From positions 62,001-126,000 of the forward strand of contig CDRNVI010000026.1 in the NCBI GenBank assembly GCA_977017575.1: a DNA stretch of 64,000 bases. Direction: 5' to 3'. The stretch comes from Paramoeba atlantica. Taxonomy: Eukaryota > Protista > Discosea. Position 1 is the first letter of the stretch. Each line of letters begins with the position of its first letter. Shown here piece after piece: positions 11,131 through 21,300 of this stretch. The position numbers were made by a program, and so were the translations under genes. The notes under the pieces are model-generated. The model was not told where the DNA came from. It made no database searches and saw nothing but the letters and a program-made list of their open reading frames with translations.

Positions 11131-11443
11131 GATTTGGTCATTTAATTGTCTTCCTCGTAAATCACGTTGTTCAGTTTTAATGCTAGCCCTAGAACATCGT
11201 ATAGAAGGCCCTGTAGACTTTCATCTGTAGACTCAGAATTATACTTTATCATGTAGGGAGCCAATAGGGCATCTCTTTTTTCACATCGTTTGACTATTGC
11301 ACGTTTGGAATAAATGAAGATAAGGATTTTGAGGCGTGCTTTGTAGTGCATACATGTATTATGATTTACAGCGAATTCTTCCAAAGAGGTCCCGATCGAA
11401 ATTTTATCTACTTTTCCTTTAATCAGTTTGATTTTGTAATTCC

Positions 11444-11980
11444 ATGTCCCTTGACACTAGCGTCGGCGAAGCTGGCAGTGCGACAAGTCGTTCTATGCGC
11501 GACATCACAGATCTTCATTGGGAAATTAATCAGGCTTTGAAATCCGTGAAGCCTACTCTTCCATGTCTTGTGCATTTGCGCATTTGCGTATCACAAGAAT
11601 ATTCGGAGGAAAGTGCACAAACAAAGAGAGGTGATTCCGTCTTTATTTTACCGCTGTACATAAAACCTGAGCATACGTTACAACAAATTGGCACGACAAT
11701 ATATCAAAGGGTTATGTTACGTCGAATCGTGGGGAATGATCAACAAAGAATCATACCAGTATCAAAAGAGCTTTCTTTTTGTGCAAACCAGATAGGCTTA
11801 GATCTAAGACTTTTGAAACCCATAAAGCAGGTAACGTTTTCCACGCCAGATATGTTCAAGCAATCTTCATGTAATAAAGATATTGCGACGATTTATCCTG
11901 GACAGACACAAGAAAATACTGCTACACTAGACAGTCTGCACTGGCGTCCAGGAAGCTCGCTTCTTGCAAGTGTTCTATAA
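11444..11980 (+). CDS. Hypothetical protein, possibly SAP18-like (ubiquitin-like fold)
   Basis: PCLVHLRI...LYIKPEHTLQQI...TLDSLHWRPGSSLLASV resembles SAP18 PFLLRVF...IYTWxDATLxEL...TLxSxxFxIGDYLDIAI; weak. Confidence 0.45.
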   Translation: MSLDTSVGEAGSATSRSMRDITDLHWEINQALKSVKPTLPCLVHLRICVSQEYSEESAQTKRGDSVFILPLYIKPEHTLQQIGTTIYQRVMLRRIVGNDQQRIIPVSKELSFCANQIGLDLRLLKPIKQVTFSTPDMFKQSSCNKDIATIYPGQTQENTATLDSLHWRPGSSLLASVL

Positions 11981-12256
11981 TAAAACAACATACACGAAGT
12001 ACATAAATTTTAGATGCTCTGGGGCTCACCCACCTTCATAGAATGTGACGCTGTAGTTTTCTACGGCTGCAGCTCTAATTTTATGCCGATGCCGCAAATT
12101 TCGACGTTGGGAAGTTGGCATCAAATATTGTCTACATAACGAGAACGCTAGGAAATTCATATAGAAAAGTAGTAATTCAGATGTCTTAAATGACGTTTAC
12201 AATTGTAATGTTTTGCTATGAAGTGACTATAGATATTCGACGAATATATATGTATT

Positions 12257-14233
12257 ATGAGATTATATGCCACTGCTTGGAATTTCGGAGCTGGAAAACT
12301 GAGAGCTGAAATCTCCCAACCCCAAATACGTCCCCTGAAATGGATACTAGGCGAGAACGAAATGTCAGCTCAAATGATCGAAAAAGACGCCCAGTTACAA
12401 GAATTGAGCATCGCAAGCCGAAATAAAGGTTTTACCTTAAGGCTTGGGAAAATATATCGATCGGAGAGTGAGCCACTTCTTGTGTTTCTATCACTTAGAC
12501 ATAACTTGTCAGATAAGGAAACATTTTATACCACTGTTGATGTCTCTCCGCACATGCATGACTTCTTATGTACTTGCGATGACCTTGTCCTTAATTTCGC
12601 CTCTTGTGAAAATTATGAAATCAGTGAACACTGCAATCCGTTATTCATTAATCCTTGTTATCTATTCCGACCGCATCTAAGAGATAAGATAGATTATCCA
12701 TATTGGATTTATCTTTCTGTAAATAATGCGGCCTCCGATGCTCAACTCACTGGAATGCTGGCAGCTATTCGTTTAGAATACAGATTACAATCCGGAGCGA
12801 ATGGGACAAACGATATGTTACTTGAAGACCTTGTTCACAATCAAGGTATCAGTTCAGCATCTTATACGACAATTCCCAAGATATCGGAAGTCATACATGA
12901 AGATCCAATAAAGAGCAGGTTACTACGCCTAGAAGAATGTATACCTCTGGCCTCGGTTATTCTTCCCGGTAAGCTATATGTCGGCGGTGCAGAACCTGCA
13001 AAGGACCGAACACAGCTTCTTGCACTTGGCATTACACGAATCATCAACTTGAGCCCATCTAGTGTGCCGAACTACTATCCGGATTTGTTTTCATATGTAA
13101 CGGTACCGGTCTATGATACCTCCTCAGAGGACATTGGAGCTCTGCTTCCATTTATTCTTCGCGCCATAGAGGGATCGTCCAGTACGGAACGGCGTTTTCG
13201 TAGCTGTGTTCTAGAGGAAGATAAATCGGACCTTTTCGAAGAGTCATCTGTAATCTATATGCACTGCCAACAAGGCGCTTCTCGGTCAGTTGCTTTTGCG
13301 GCGGCATATCTTATGTGGCGCTTCGGGATGTGCACCGATTCGGCGTTAGGACACATTAAAAACAAGCGGTCTATTGCAAGTCCGAACACCGGTTTTCTTG
13401 CACAATTGTTTGTTTATCAGGAAAAATTGTCGAATCATGTCGCGCATGACTTCTATAGAGTCGGATACTACTTCGAACAAGACTGGGTATCGCGATGGGA
13501 GGAATATGACATTTTCTTGAAAAACGTAAATGTTGTCAGTAATGCTCTGCAGAATCCTCTGGTCTTGCACAAAGTGCACAGCGCAATACAGGATGAAGAT
13601 ATAACTAATGCTTCCCTCAATCAAATACAACTGGATTCCAGGTTTATTTACTTCCTGGAAACCTATAACTGCAGAGAAGATGTCGACGCATTGCACAACG
13701 GATTCTCTTCGCTTTGCCAATGGTGGATTCCCCAGAACCTATTCTCCGAGCTCCAGGGGGGTGACACGAAAAATATTTCATCATGTGTTCTGTCCAGAAG
13801 TAGTCGACGATTTGTTTCTGACTTGCTGACTTGCACGTTTTCGCATATACGCTTTAGCCAATACACGAGGGACTTCTGTGAAGCCACTTCTAGCATTCTT
13901 TCGAAGCTTGTGGATCTTAATTTAGATGTTTACGATGTACACTGCAAGCAAGCTCAATCTAGCACTCGAAATGGAATTTCCATCATTTACCCTCTACGCT
14001 TTCTGCGTCTTACAGGAGGTGACGAATCAGTTTTTACGTCACCTTTAGATGGATCAAAAAATGCGAACGACTGCGGAGATATTCAATATTCAAAATTTAA
14101 GTTGCCTATTCATGTAACAAGTCATGGAACTGTGACACATAAAACAAGACCCAAAGCGCTATTTCAAGCTGTAGACCATCCCGGATTGAATGGTGCATTA
14201 AAGATGCTTAAAGATACGTACTTAGCTCCGTAG
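12257..14233 (+). CDS. Dual-specificity protein phosphatase
   Basis: LYVGG, GITRIINL, DTSSEDI, HCQQGASRS active site, AYLM, ASPNTGFLAQL. Confidence 0.9.
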   Translation: MRLYATAWNFGAGKLRAEISQPQIRPLKWILGENEMSAQMIEKDAQLQELSIASRNKGFTLRLGKIYRSESEPLLVFLSLRHNLSDKETFYTTVDVSPHMHDFLCTCDDLVLNFASCENYEISEHCNPLFINPCYLFRPHLRDKIDYPYWIYLSVNNAASDAQLTGMLAAIRLEYRLQSGANGTNDMLLEDLVHNQGISSASYTTIPKISEVIHEDPIKSRLLRLEECIPLASVILPGKLYVGGAEPAKDRTQLLALGITRIINLSPSSVPNYYPDLFSYVTVPVYDTSSEDIGALLPFILRAIEGSSSTERRFRSCVLEEDKSDLFEESSVIYMHCQQGASRSVAFAAAYLMWRFGMCTDSALGHIKNKRSIASPNTGFLAQLFVYQEKLSNHVAHDFYRVGYYFEQDWVSRWEEYDIFLKNVNVVSNALQNPLVLHKVHSAIQDEDITNASLNQIQLDSRFIYFLETYNCREDVDALHNGFSSLCQWWIPQNLFSELQGGDTKNISSCVLSRSSRRFVSDLLTCTFSHIRFSQYTRDFCEATSSILSKLVDLNLDVYDVHCKQAQSSTRNGISIIYPLRFLRLTGGDESVFTSPLDGSKNANDCGDIQYSKFKLPIHVTSHGTVTHKTRPKALFQAVDHPGLNGALKMLKDTYLAP

Positions 14234-14450
14234 ATGATCCATGTGTTTTATTGTGATCTGCCTAGGCATGTGCAGGCATGCTCACCTTTGAATACATGCG
14301 TATTAAACAGTACTGAAGTATTAGCAGAATCCACTCGTTTTGTACATTTCCAACGGTTGTTTAATTGTCGTTGATACTAAATTATTTATAATCATTTGTA
14401 GTTTCTTTGTATTCTGTAGGCTTGTACTGATTTTTTATTTGTCTTGAGAA

Positions 14451-16961
14451 ATGCTTGATGAGACCTCTGAAGTAGATTATTACCAAACTCTAAACGTCGA
14501 GGCCGATTGCTCACAGGATGCAATAAAGAAAGCCTTTCGATCCGGAAGCGAACAATATCACACAGATAAGCATGCAGGTCAGAATGAGGAGCAGCAAAAA
14601 CTCATGAATTCTCGGTTTCAGACTCTAAACGAGGCCTACCAAGTGCTGAGCGATCCGCGAAAACGTGTTGCATACGATAAATTTGGCAGAATAGGGGTGG
14701 ACCGTTTTCTCCCGCTTGTCCCTGCCACATTCGAGGGTGAACGACTGGCTTATGGGTTGGATATTCTTGCCGCCCGGCAGGAACTAGCGCGCAGACAAAG
14801 CCACTCAACTGCTACAAGTGATTTAGAGATTGGTCTGGATGTACAACCGCTGAGCCAACGGTTGTTCGGGGAGGATGTGCCGTCTGCTGCTCCAGAGACA
14901 GAAACCGAGATTGAGGATAGCACAGAGACTTTTCCAGAAGAGCGCGAAGCAGAACATGAGGGTAAACCCGTGGTCGATACCTCTATTATGGAGGACGCAG
15001 ATGAAGTGACGAAAACAACCGAGACCAAGCTGAAATATGTAGGAGCCAGCAATGTACCCTTCATCCCAGGGGTTGTAGAAGTCGATGGGAAAAAGAAAGT
15101 TGTGCTTATTCCCCAGTCCGAGGAAGTTCAAAAAAAGCTGGCCTCACGTCTTGGTATGCGCGTAGATGACACCAAGACTACTCCGCTAATTTCGATTTCC
15201 CGCCCACCCAAAACCCCCCTTCTCCGGGCTCTGCGCCTTTCACACAGTTTTCAGCAACCTATTGGCTCCAACACGATTAAGTTCTTTGCCTCTACACGGG
15301 CGCTGCAACCAGGCACTGGCATACTAGTAGGGGCAGACCTCTTTGCACCCCTTAGCGCGTGTGCCCAGGCGGGTGGGAAAGTCGTGCTTGGACCAGGGGG
15401 ATTCAAATGCAGCTTGAGCTATGACCGCCAGCTCTCCCCATATTGGGGATGGAAGGAGAGGATTCACGTTGGGTGTGGAAATCGCGAGCTCGACGTCACG
15501 CCCATTAAGGCGGGCTGGTATACAGGGATGACCTTCAGTCTCCGTAGGAAATTGTCGCCATCGCTGAAGGGTGAGCTATCACTTACCGTGAATTCTCGAC
15601 GTTATGGAACCTCTGTGCCACAGGAAATAGAGGTTCCTTCCACGGCACTGCAACTGACAGTTCTGAACCATTCGGAAACGTCTGCGAGTGGCACTATGTG
15701 GCAGGGCATGCTCAATTTGGGGTACCAAACATTATCTTTTGCAATCGTGCGCCACTTAGAAAATTTTGACCCCAGACTTTCGAATTTACTTGATGCAAGA
15801 GCTACAGAAGAGAGAGTTACGACGAGTGGAACAAGACTATCTTGGACAACTATAGTTTGGCGAGCTTTAATTCCGATAATAGCCGTTACGCGCAGTGCCT
15901 TCTCCAAGGCATTAGAATTTTCTCCACTCCCCACGGGTAGAAGGACATCTCGCAAGCATAAAAATCCTGTGAAGGAACGCGAACCCGATACATTGAAACC
16001 AGGTTATACCGAGTCCATCTCAAGCAGCACAGAGGAAGACGACTCCGACGATGAAAGTGAAGCAAGCGATGACGAAAATCCTGCAGTGATCCCAACAAGC
16101 ACCACCGCTCCACTGAGTGCGCTTGCCACCGAGGCACCGAAAAAACCTCGACTGTCGGCCACGCAAAATGGCATGCTGGATATTTTCCACGCACGCGTGG
16201 TATACAACACAGAGTGGTGGCTGCGAATCACAAAATACCACCAGTTCGGGCTTCGGGTCTCCACCTCGTTTCCTCTTTTTGGCGTTCCCTGGTTCGCCGT
16301 GCTGGAACTCTCACCTGGATACCGTCATATGCAGCACACAATTCGAATTCCTCTGCTGTGTTCCACCTCTACCCGAGTTACTGTCACAGCATTGTGGTCC
16401 CTGGTGCCCTGGACCGCATGTAGACTTCTTTCGCGATTTGTACTTTGTCCTCTATTGATGCTGTATCGGTTGCGAAAAGCAGCGCGCCATCGTACAGAAA
16501 ACAAAGAGCATATGTGGGCTTCTTATCACCATGCGTTACAGGAGCAGACTGCGTTGCTCGGTAGCACACCTGAACCACTGATTGTTGGAGATTTAGCTTG
16601 TGTAGGGCAACTTGAAATTATTAAAGCAGAGTATGGTGTGCTACAGCGCACTTCTTTTTTCAAAAAACAAGGGTTTAAGCCTGAAATTTTTAGGGATAGT
16701 AAGGAATCTGAATTACCTCCATCACCGCCCCTTAGTATTGATGTTTGCAGATCGCTACAGCAAAAGATTGAAAATAACTCAATTTTTCTTGCAAAGGGGT
16801 CAAAATCAGCACTCGCTGGATTTTATGACCCAGAACCTACAGGTTACATACGAAAGCAGCTGCGCATCGAGTATAGATTTCGAAACAATTACCATTCCGT
16901 TACATACGACGACATGGACATTGTGGAGATTCCATTAGAAGAGCATGCAAAGCGTAGATGA
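14451..16961 (+). CDS. DNAJC11: DnaJ protein, DNAJC11-like (J domain plus DUF3395-type C-terminus)
   Basis: DYYQTLNV...YHTDK...EAYQVLSDPRKRVAYDKFG; C-terminal SKSALAGFYDP...KQLRIEYRF. Confidence 0.8.
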   Translation: MLDETSEVDYYQTLNVEADCSQDAIKKAFRSGSEQYHTDKHAGQNEEQQKLMNSRFQTLNEAYQVLSDPRKRVAYDKFGRIGVDRFLPLVPATFEGERLAYGLDILAARQELARRQSHSTATSDLEIGLDVQPLSQRLFGEDVPSAAPETETEIEDSTETFPEEREAEHEGKPVVDTSIMEDADEVTKTTETKLKYVGASNVPFIPGVVEVDGKKKVVLIPQSEEVQKKLASRLGMRVDDTKTTPLISISRPPKTPLLRALRLSHSFQQPIGSNTIKFFASTRALQPGTGILVGADLFAPLSACAQAGGKVVLGPGGFKCSLSYDRQLSPYWGWKERIHVGCGNRELDVTPIKAGWYTGMTFSLRRKLSPSLKGELSLTVNSRRYGTSVPQEIEVPSTALQLTVLNHSETSASGTMWQGMLNLGYQTLSFAIVRHLENFDPRLSNLLDARATEERVTTSGTRLSWTTIVWRALIPIIAVTRSAFSKALEFSPLPTGRRTSRKHKNPVKEREPDTLKPGYTESISSSTEEDDSDDESEASDDENPAVIPTSTTAPLSALATEAPKKPRLSATQNGMLDIFHARVVYNTEWWLRITKYHQFGLRVSTSFPLFGVPWFAVLELSPGYRHMQHTIRIPLLCSTSTRVTVTALWSLVPWTACRLLSRFVLCPLLMLYRLRKAARHRTENKEHMWASYHHALQEQTALLGSTPEPLIVGDLACVGQLEIIKAEYGVLQRTSFFKKQGFKPEIFRDSKESELPPSPPLSIDVCRSLQQKIENNSIFLAKGSKSALAGFYDPEPTGYIRKQLRIEYRFRNNYHSVTYDDMDIVEIPLEEHAKRR

Positions 16962-17130
16962 GGGCTATTGTGGGCCTTGTAGAGTATGTAACAGGTGCGC
17001 ATATTTATGAATGTTGAGCAAAAGCGTTGAATTGGAGAAGCAAAATTTTAACTCTCTTTTATCTGGATCTTCAAATAAAGTCTACCACGGATAGTCATAA
17101 CACTTTCTCCATCTAATTTCATATTTATTC

Positions 17131-17943
17131 ATGCTTCTTCCCAATACATACGCAGCAGATGATGCTTTACCTGCTCGCCCGGCCAAAGTTAGAGGCAACG
17201 CGCTGCCTGCTCAGTACGACCTTGCACGTTTCCGACAAAACATCACAAACCTCCACCCTACTTGGACGACATACAATGACATAACTTCGTGGTATGGGGT
17301 AACGTGTGAGGAGGGAGAAGTCACTGAAATTCACTGGAATGGAATGTCACTACAGGGAACCATGAAATGGGCAGCGCTCCCCCCTACTGTCGTGCAGTTT
17401 GACGCAGGACAGAATGCAGTGGTCGGAACGCTTGAAACAGAAACGCTGCCACTGAACTTGCACCGTCTCAGAATGTACCAGAACAGGCTAGCGGGATTTC
17501 TAAATTTTTCAGCCTTACCCCCGGAGATACAATACGTGAATTTAGCGAGCAATTTTTTTACTGGGGGCTTAACGCTTGAAGCTCTTCCGACCACATTATG
17601 CCGAATCTTGCTTCAAGGGAATGCGTTCAGCGGCGAGTTGGACCTTAGTGCACTACCCCCAAAATTAGACTCCATGGGGCTTCATGATAATAATTTGGAA
17701 GGTCCCGTGGAGCTTCGTTTTTTGCCGGAAAGCTTGGGCGTGTTGTACTTAAGCCTGAATCGCCTTTCAGGAGTGGCCTACCTGGACAAGCTCCCGAAAG
17801 AATTAACAGTGCTGCGGTTGTCCGACAACTGCTTTGAAGGTTTTGTACCTACTCCTCCGCCGTTTCACGTGCAGTACGTGAGACAAGGAAATGTTGAGCG
17901 ATGCGGCAAACGTTTGGCAATCCTTGCTCAAGGTAGGTCTTGA
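17131..17943 (+). CDS. Leucine-rich repeat protein
   Basis: WYGVTC cap and LxLxxNxLxGxxxLxxLP repeats. Confidence 0.88.
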   Translation: MLLPNTYAADDALPARPAKVRGNALPAQYDLARFRQNITNLHPTWTTYNDITSWYGVTCEEGEVTEIHWNGMSLQGTMKWAALPPTVVQFDAGQNAVVGTLETETLPLNLHRLRMYQNRLAGFLNFSALPPEIQYVNLASNFFTGGLTLEALPTTLCRILLQGNAFSGELDLSALPPKLDSMGLHDNNLEGPVELRFLPESLGVLYLSLNRLSGVAYLDKLPKELTVLRLSDNCFEGFVPTPPPFHVQYVRQGNVERCGKRLAILAQGRS

Positions 17944-18379
17944 ACCAGTGGTGCCAGTAAATCTCGTAATTTCTGATCTTTCTTTCACGTACACATGCTC
18001 GTTACGCCCAAAGGATATTTGCTCTGGTCCACTTCATATTTTAATCTTGAAAAGATGTAAAATATTCTTTTTGAAGATACCTTTCAGATGTTTATTTTTT
18101 ATTTACTCTACGACGCCGTGCTTTCGCTCCTCAAAATTATCAGTGTTGAGTCTGGTACGCTTAGGCACGTTGCGTCGAAACCTAGGGGCATAGTATCTAA
18201 TCAAACTTCACGCACTATGAATTACAATAATATCACCTATTACGCAAGCAGAATAGTTTTTGAACAATTAAACAATTTCCCGAGGAATTGATTGAACGTA
18301 TTTAGGATTTACTCTATATGTATCATACATGTTCTGCACTTAGACAGTATTCTTGGATTGCCCCAACAACTGCTACTTC

Positions 18380-21300
18380 ATGCTGTTGAAATATTCCGAT
18401 CAGAATGGCCAGCAGCTGTACAGAGACGGCGAAGGGCCTGAGGCAAATCTCATTTGGTGTGATAATAAAATGTTGCGCTTGAACCTCCATATTCCTCATC
18501 TGGGTGAAGCGGGGATCGTGACGTCTGATTCTCAAGATAAACAAAGCATATCATCTTCGGCGTCGACGATTTTTTGCACACACAAATGTTCTTTTATAAC
18601 GTTGGGCGAAGCGGAAAGACACGAGCTAACGATCTATGACACGGCGACCGAGGATATACAAGTCTTACCGCTCGATAATTTTCAACCACATCAATTAATT
18701 CCATTGAGCCATTACAGAGGTGTAGTTCTCATAGGTTCCACTGCAGTTACTAGATCCGATTTGAAAAGGTCAGAGCACAGCATTGCGTATTTTGTTAATC
18801 TAGAAGGTTCTCTGCACCCCATGCAGTTGTATCCGTTGGAACTATTGAGCTTTATTTCAGAGGAGCTGTACTCGTGTACTCCTAAAAAAAGCTTCCCGGC
18901 CTGTCAATTCGAGCCAGCGTCTATCCTAAAGGTGTTGGATATCACAAACGTGGATGCCTGTGCATTGCCTGCGTCGGTATTGACGAGGAAAGACGATACA
19001 AAAGAGATTGGGTGCTATTTAGCGGTGATATGTGTGTTGGACATCGATTCCACACCTACGAAAAATAATGAGCATTCCCTTCAACATTACAGACTGCTAC
19101 TCATTGCATTTGAGTTATCTCCTTGTGGATCCAAGCTTCGATGCTTTCCTTTGTCATACTTTGATCAGTGGAATTCATCGGGGTGTTCGTTAAGCGATGT
19201 CAGCGCTGCGCTTCAAATTCTTCATACTGAAGATGACTTCATGGCGTGTATAGCCGTAAAGCATCCCGGTAAAGCTTTTCCTTTGGTAGATGACCCTTCT
19301 GGGGATGCCCACTCCTGGTGGATATCTTTGTACAATTACGACCTGCAAAAAAAGAACATTTTAAACTTACAGAAATGCCAATGGAATCTAGTACGCACGT
19401 TTCCTGTTGCATACCTCTCTCCCGGATTCGTTATCAATTCACCCTCGGAATGGCCAGATATTTCTCTATCTCCAATGAGATGTCCTTCTGATGCGTACTT
19501 GTGGTCAAAAGTTGAACTTTTGAAATGTCCCGAAACAAGGATGTTCATTTTTTTGTTGGAAATGACAGAGCAAATGTCTACTCGATCAACTTACGGGTAT
19601 TATTATTTCCGTCCAAGAGACGGCACGATAATTCCGGAAAATGACGTTCTGACGTTTACCGTTGAAAGGACACTGGATCTCTTGCATCAGAACAGGCACG
19701 ATTCGGGACTACTAAGATCGCTCGAACCATATGATACCCAAACAGGGGCATGTTTGAAGAATTTCCATCAAGTTTACCTAGAACATGCCCGCATCTCCTG
19801 TTCATTTCTAAGAGAGTTTCTTTATCTTGTACAAGAATCTGTCTGCGATACTACAGCCATGTATATTCGATCGTGGATAATTTGCAATAAAAATAAACCA
19901 AATGCCAACCAGACAGAATTTGCAGCTGCAGACCACGATTACGAAGACATCAAAAATGAATGGTTATATCTAAAGGAATATATTATTCGATTTGTTGGCA
20001 CACAGAATTATGAGAGTGTTTCTGCGGAACGTGCTTTGAGTGCGACAGAGGATAAATCGCGGTTCCTCTCAAGCGCTATTGGGAACCACATACTTGCTAG
20101 TCTTCACTTACTGCGTGAATCAGTTTTGCTACAAGAGAAATATAGAAATGCATATTTAATGGTGCCTTCACTAATCGCTTTAGCAAAAGTAATAGGAGCC
20201 TGTAGTTATGAAAGGTACTATCAATCTTTTAACGATGCTAACGGACGCCTCCTTGAGGAATCTGTGTACGACCTGGAAGCGAAAACGGGAAAAGAAGATT
20301 TTCATTCACTTGTGATCTTGATTAAGCAGTCACACTTCAAAATAGCTCCATCGCATCTTTATAACGTAGTTTACCGAATATGTCAATACTTTGACGAGCA
20401 GTGCGTTCTGGATATTGAGACCTTAATTAAATCTAGTCTTCGGAAAATAGTATCGTGCGCGGGCAGGCCACCAAGTAGAGCGTTTGAGTGTCATATTCCG
20501 AATTCTTTGTTTGAAAAGTACAATAACATTATGTACTTATTCTCCATCATTTCATTTTTGCAGAGCACTGAGGAAAAGTACACAAATTTGACCGAAGCAA
20601 TCGGTGTGCGTCATTCATGGTGGAACAACTGGGAATCTATACGGAACGACGAACAGAAACACTTTTCTATTCAAGACGTAAATTACACTTACAGAAAAGG
20701 TGAAAAAAATCCCGCGGTTTTCCGAATACTCAACGTAGCGGCGCAGCAACTCTGCGAATTAAACTCCTCTGTGGGCACGTCACTAAGAATTGAATTTAGA
20801 AAAAAAATTCTTCAAAATAGAGCTACAGGCACAACGTCACAATTTTATGTTTTCATCGATAAAATAGAAATGATAAATGAGTCTTTGGAAGAGGGAAATC
20901 GTACTTTAGCATTGCAATTGAACGCTTCTCACACCTTAAAAATAGATAATTACGAGCAGGGCAACGACGTGCAGCCGATTCTGCGAAGACGGATGCTCAA
21001 AATATTGACACTACCCCTAGCACGTGGCCTACTTGGTCTGGCATCCCAAACTACGAATTCGATAAATCGGACTTCAGTGAAGAAATTGCCTCTTATCGCT
21101 TTGGAAGGAGTTGCGGAAAAGCTTACTTTTGAAATCCAATGGAGTCAAGTAGAAGACATGTACCGAGATACGACGAGCACAGAAATAACTTTACATGGTT
21201 CTGTTCGTTCCACATTTATGTTTTGGGCTATTTTTCACAATGCTTGTTCGCACGGTTTAGCATTAATGCCTAATGCACGAGCCGACCCGAGTAAGATTTA

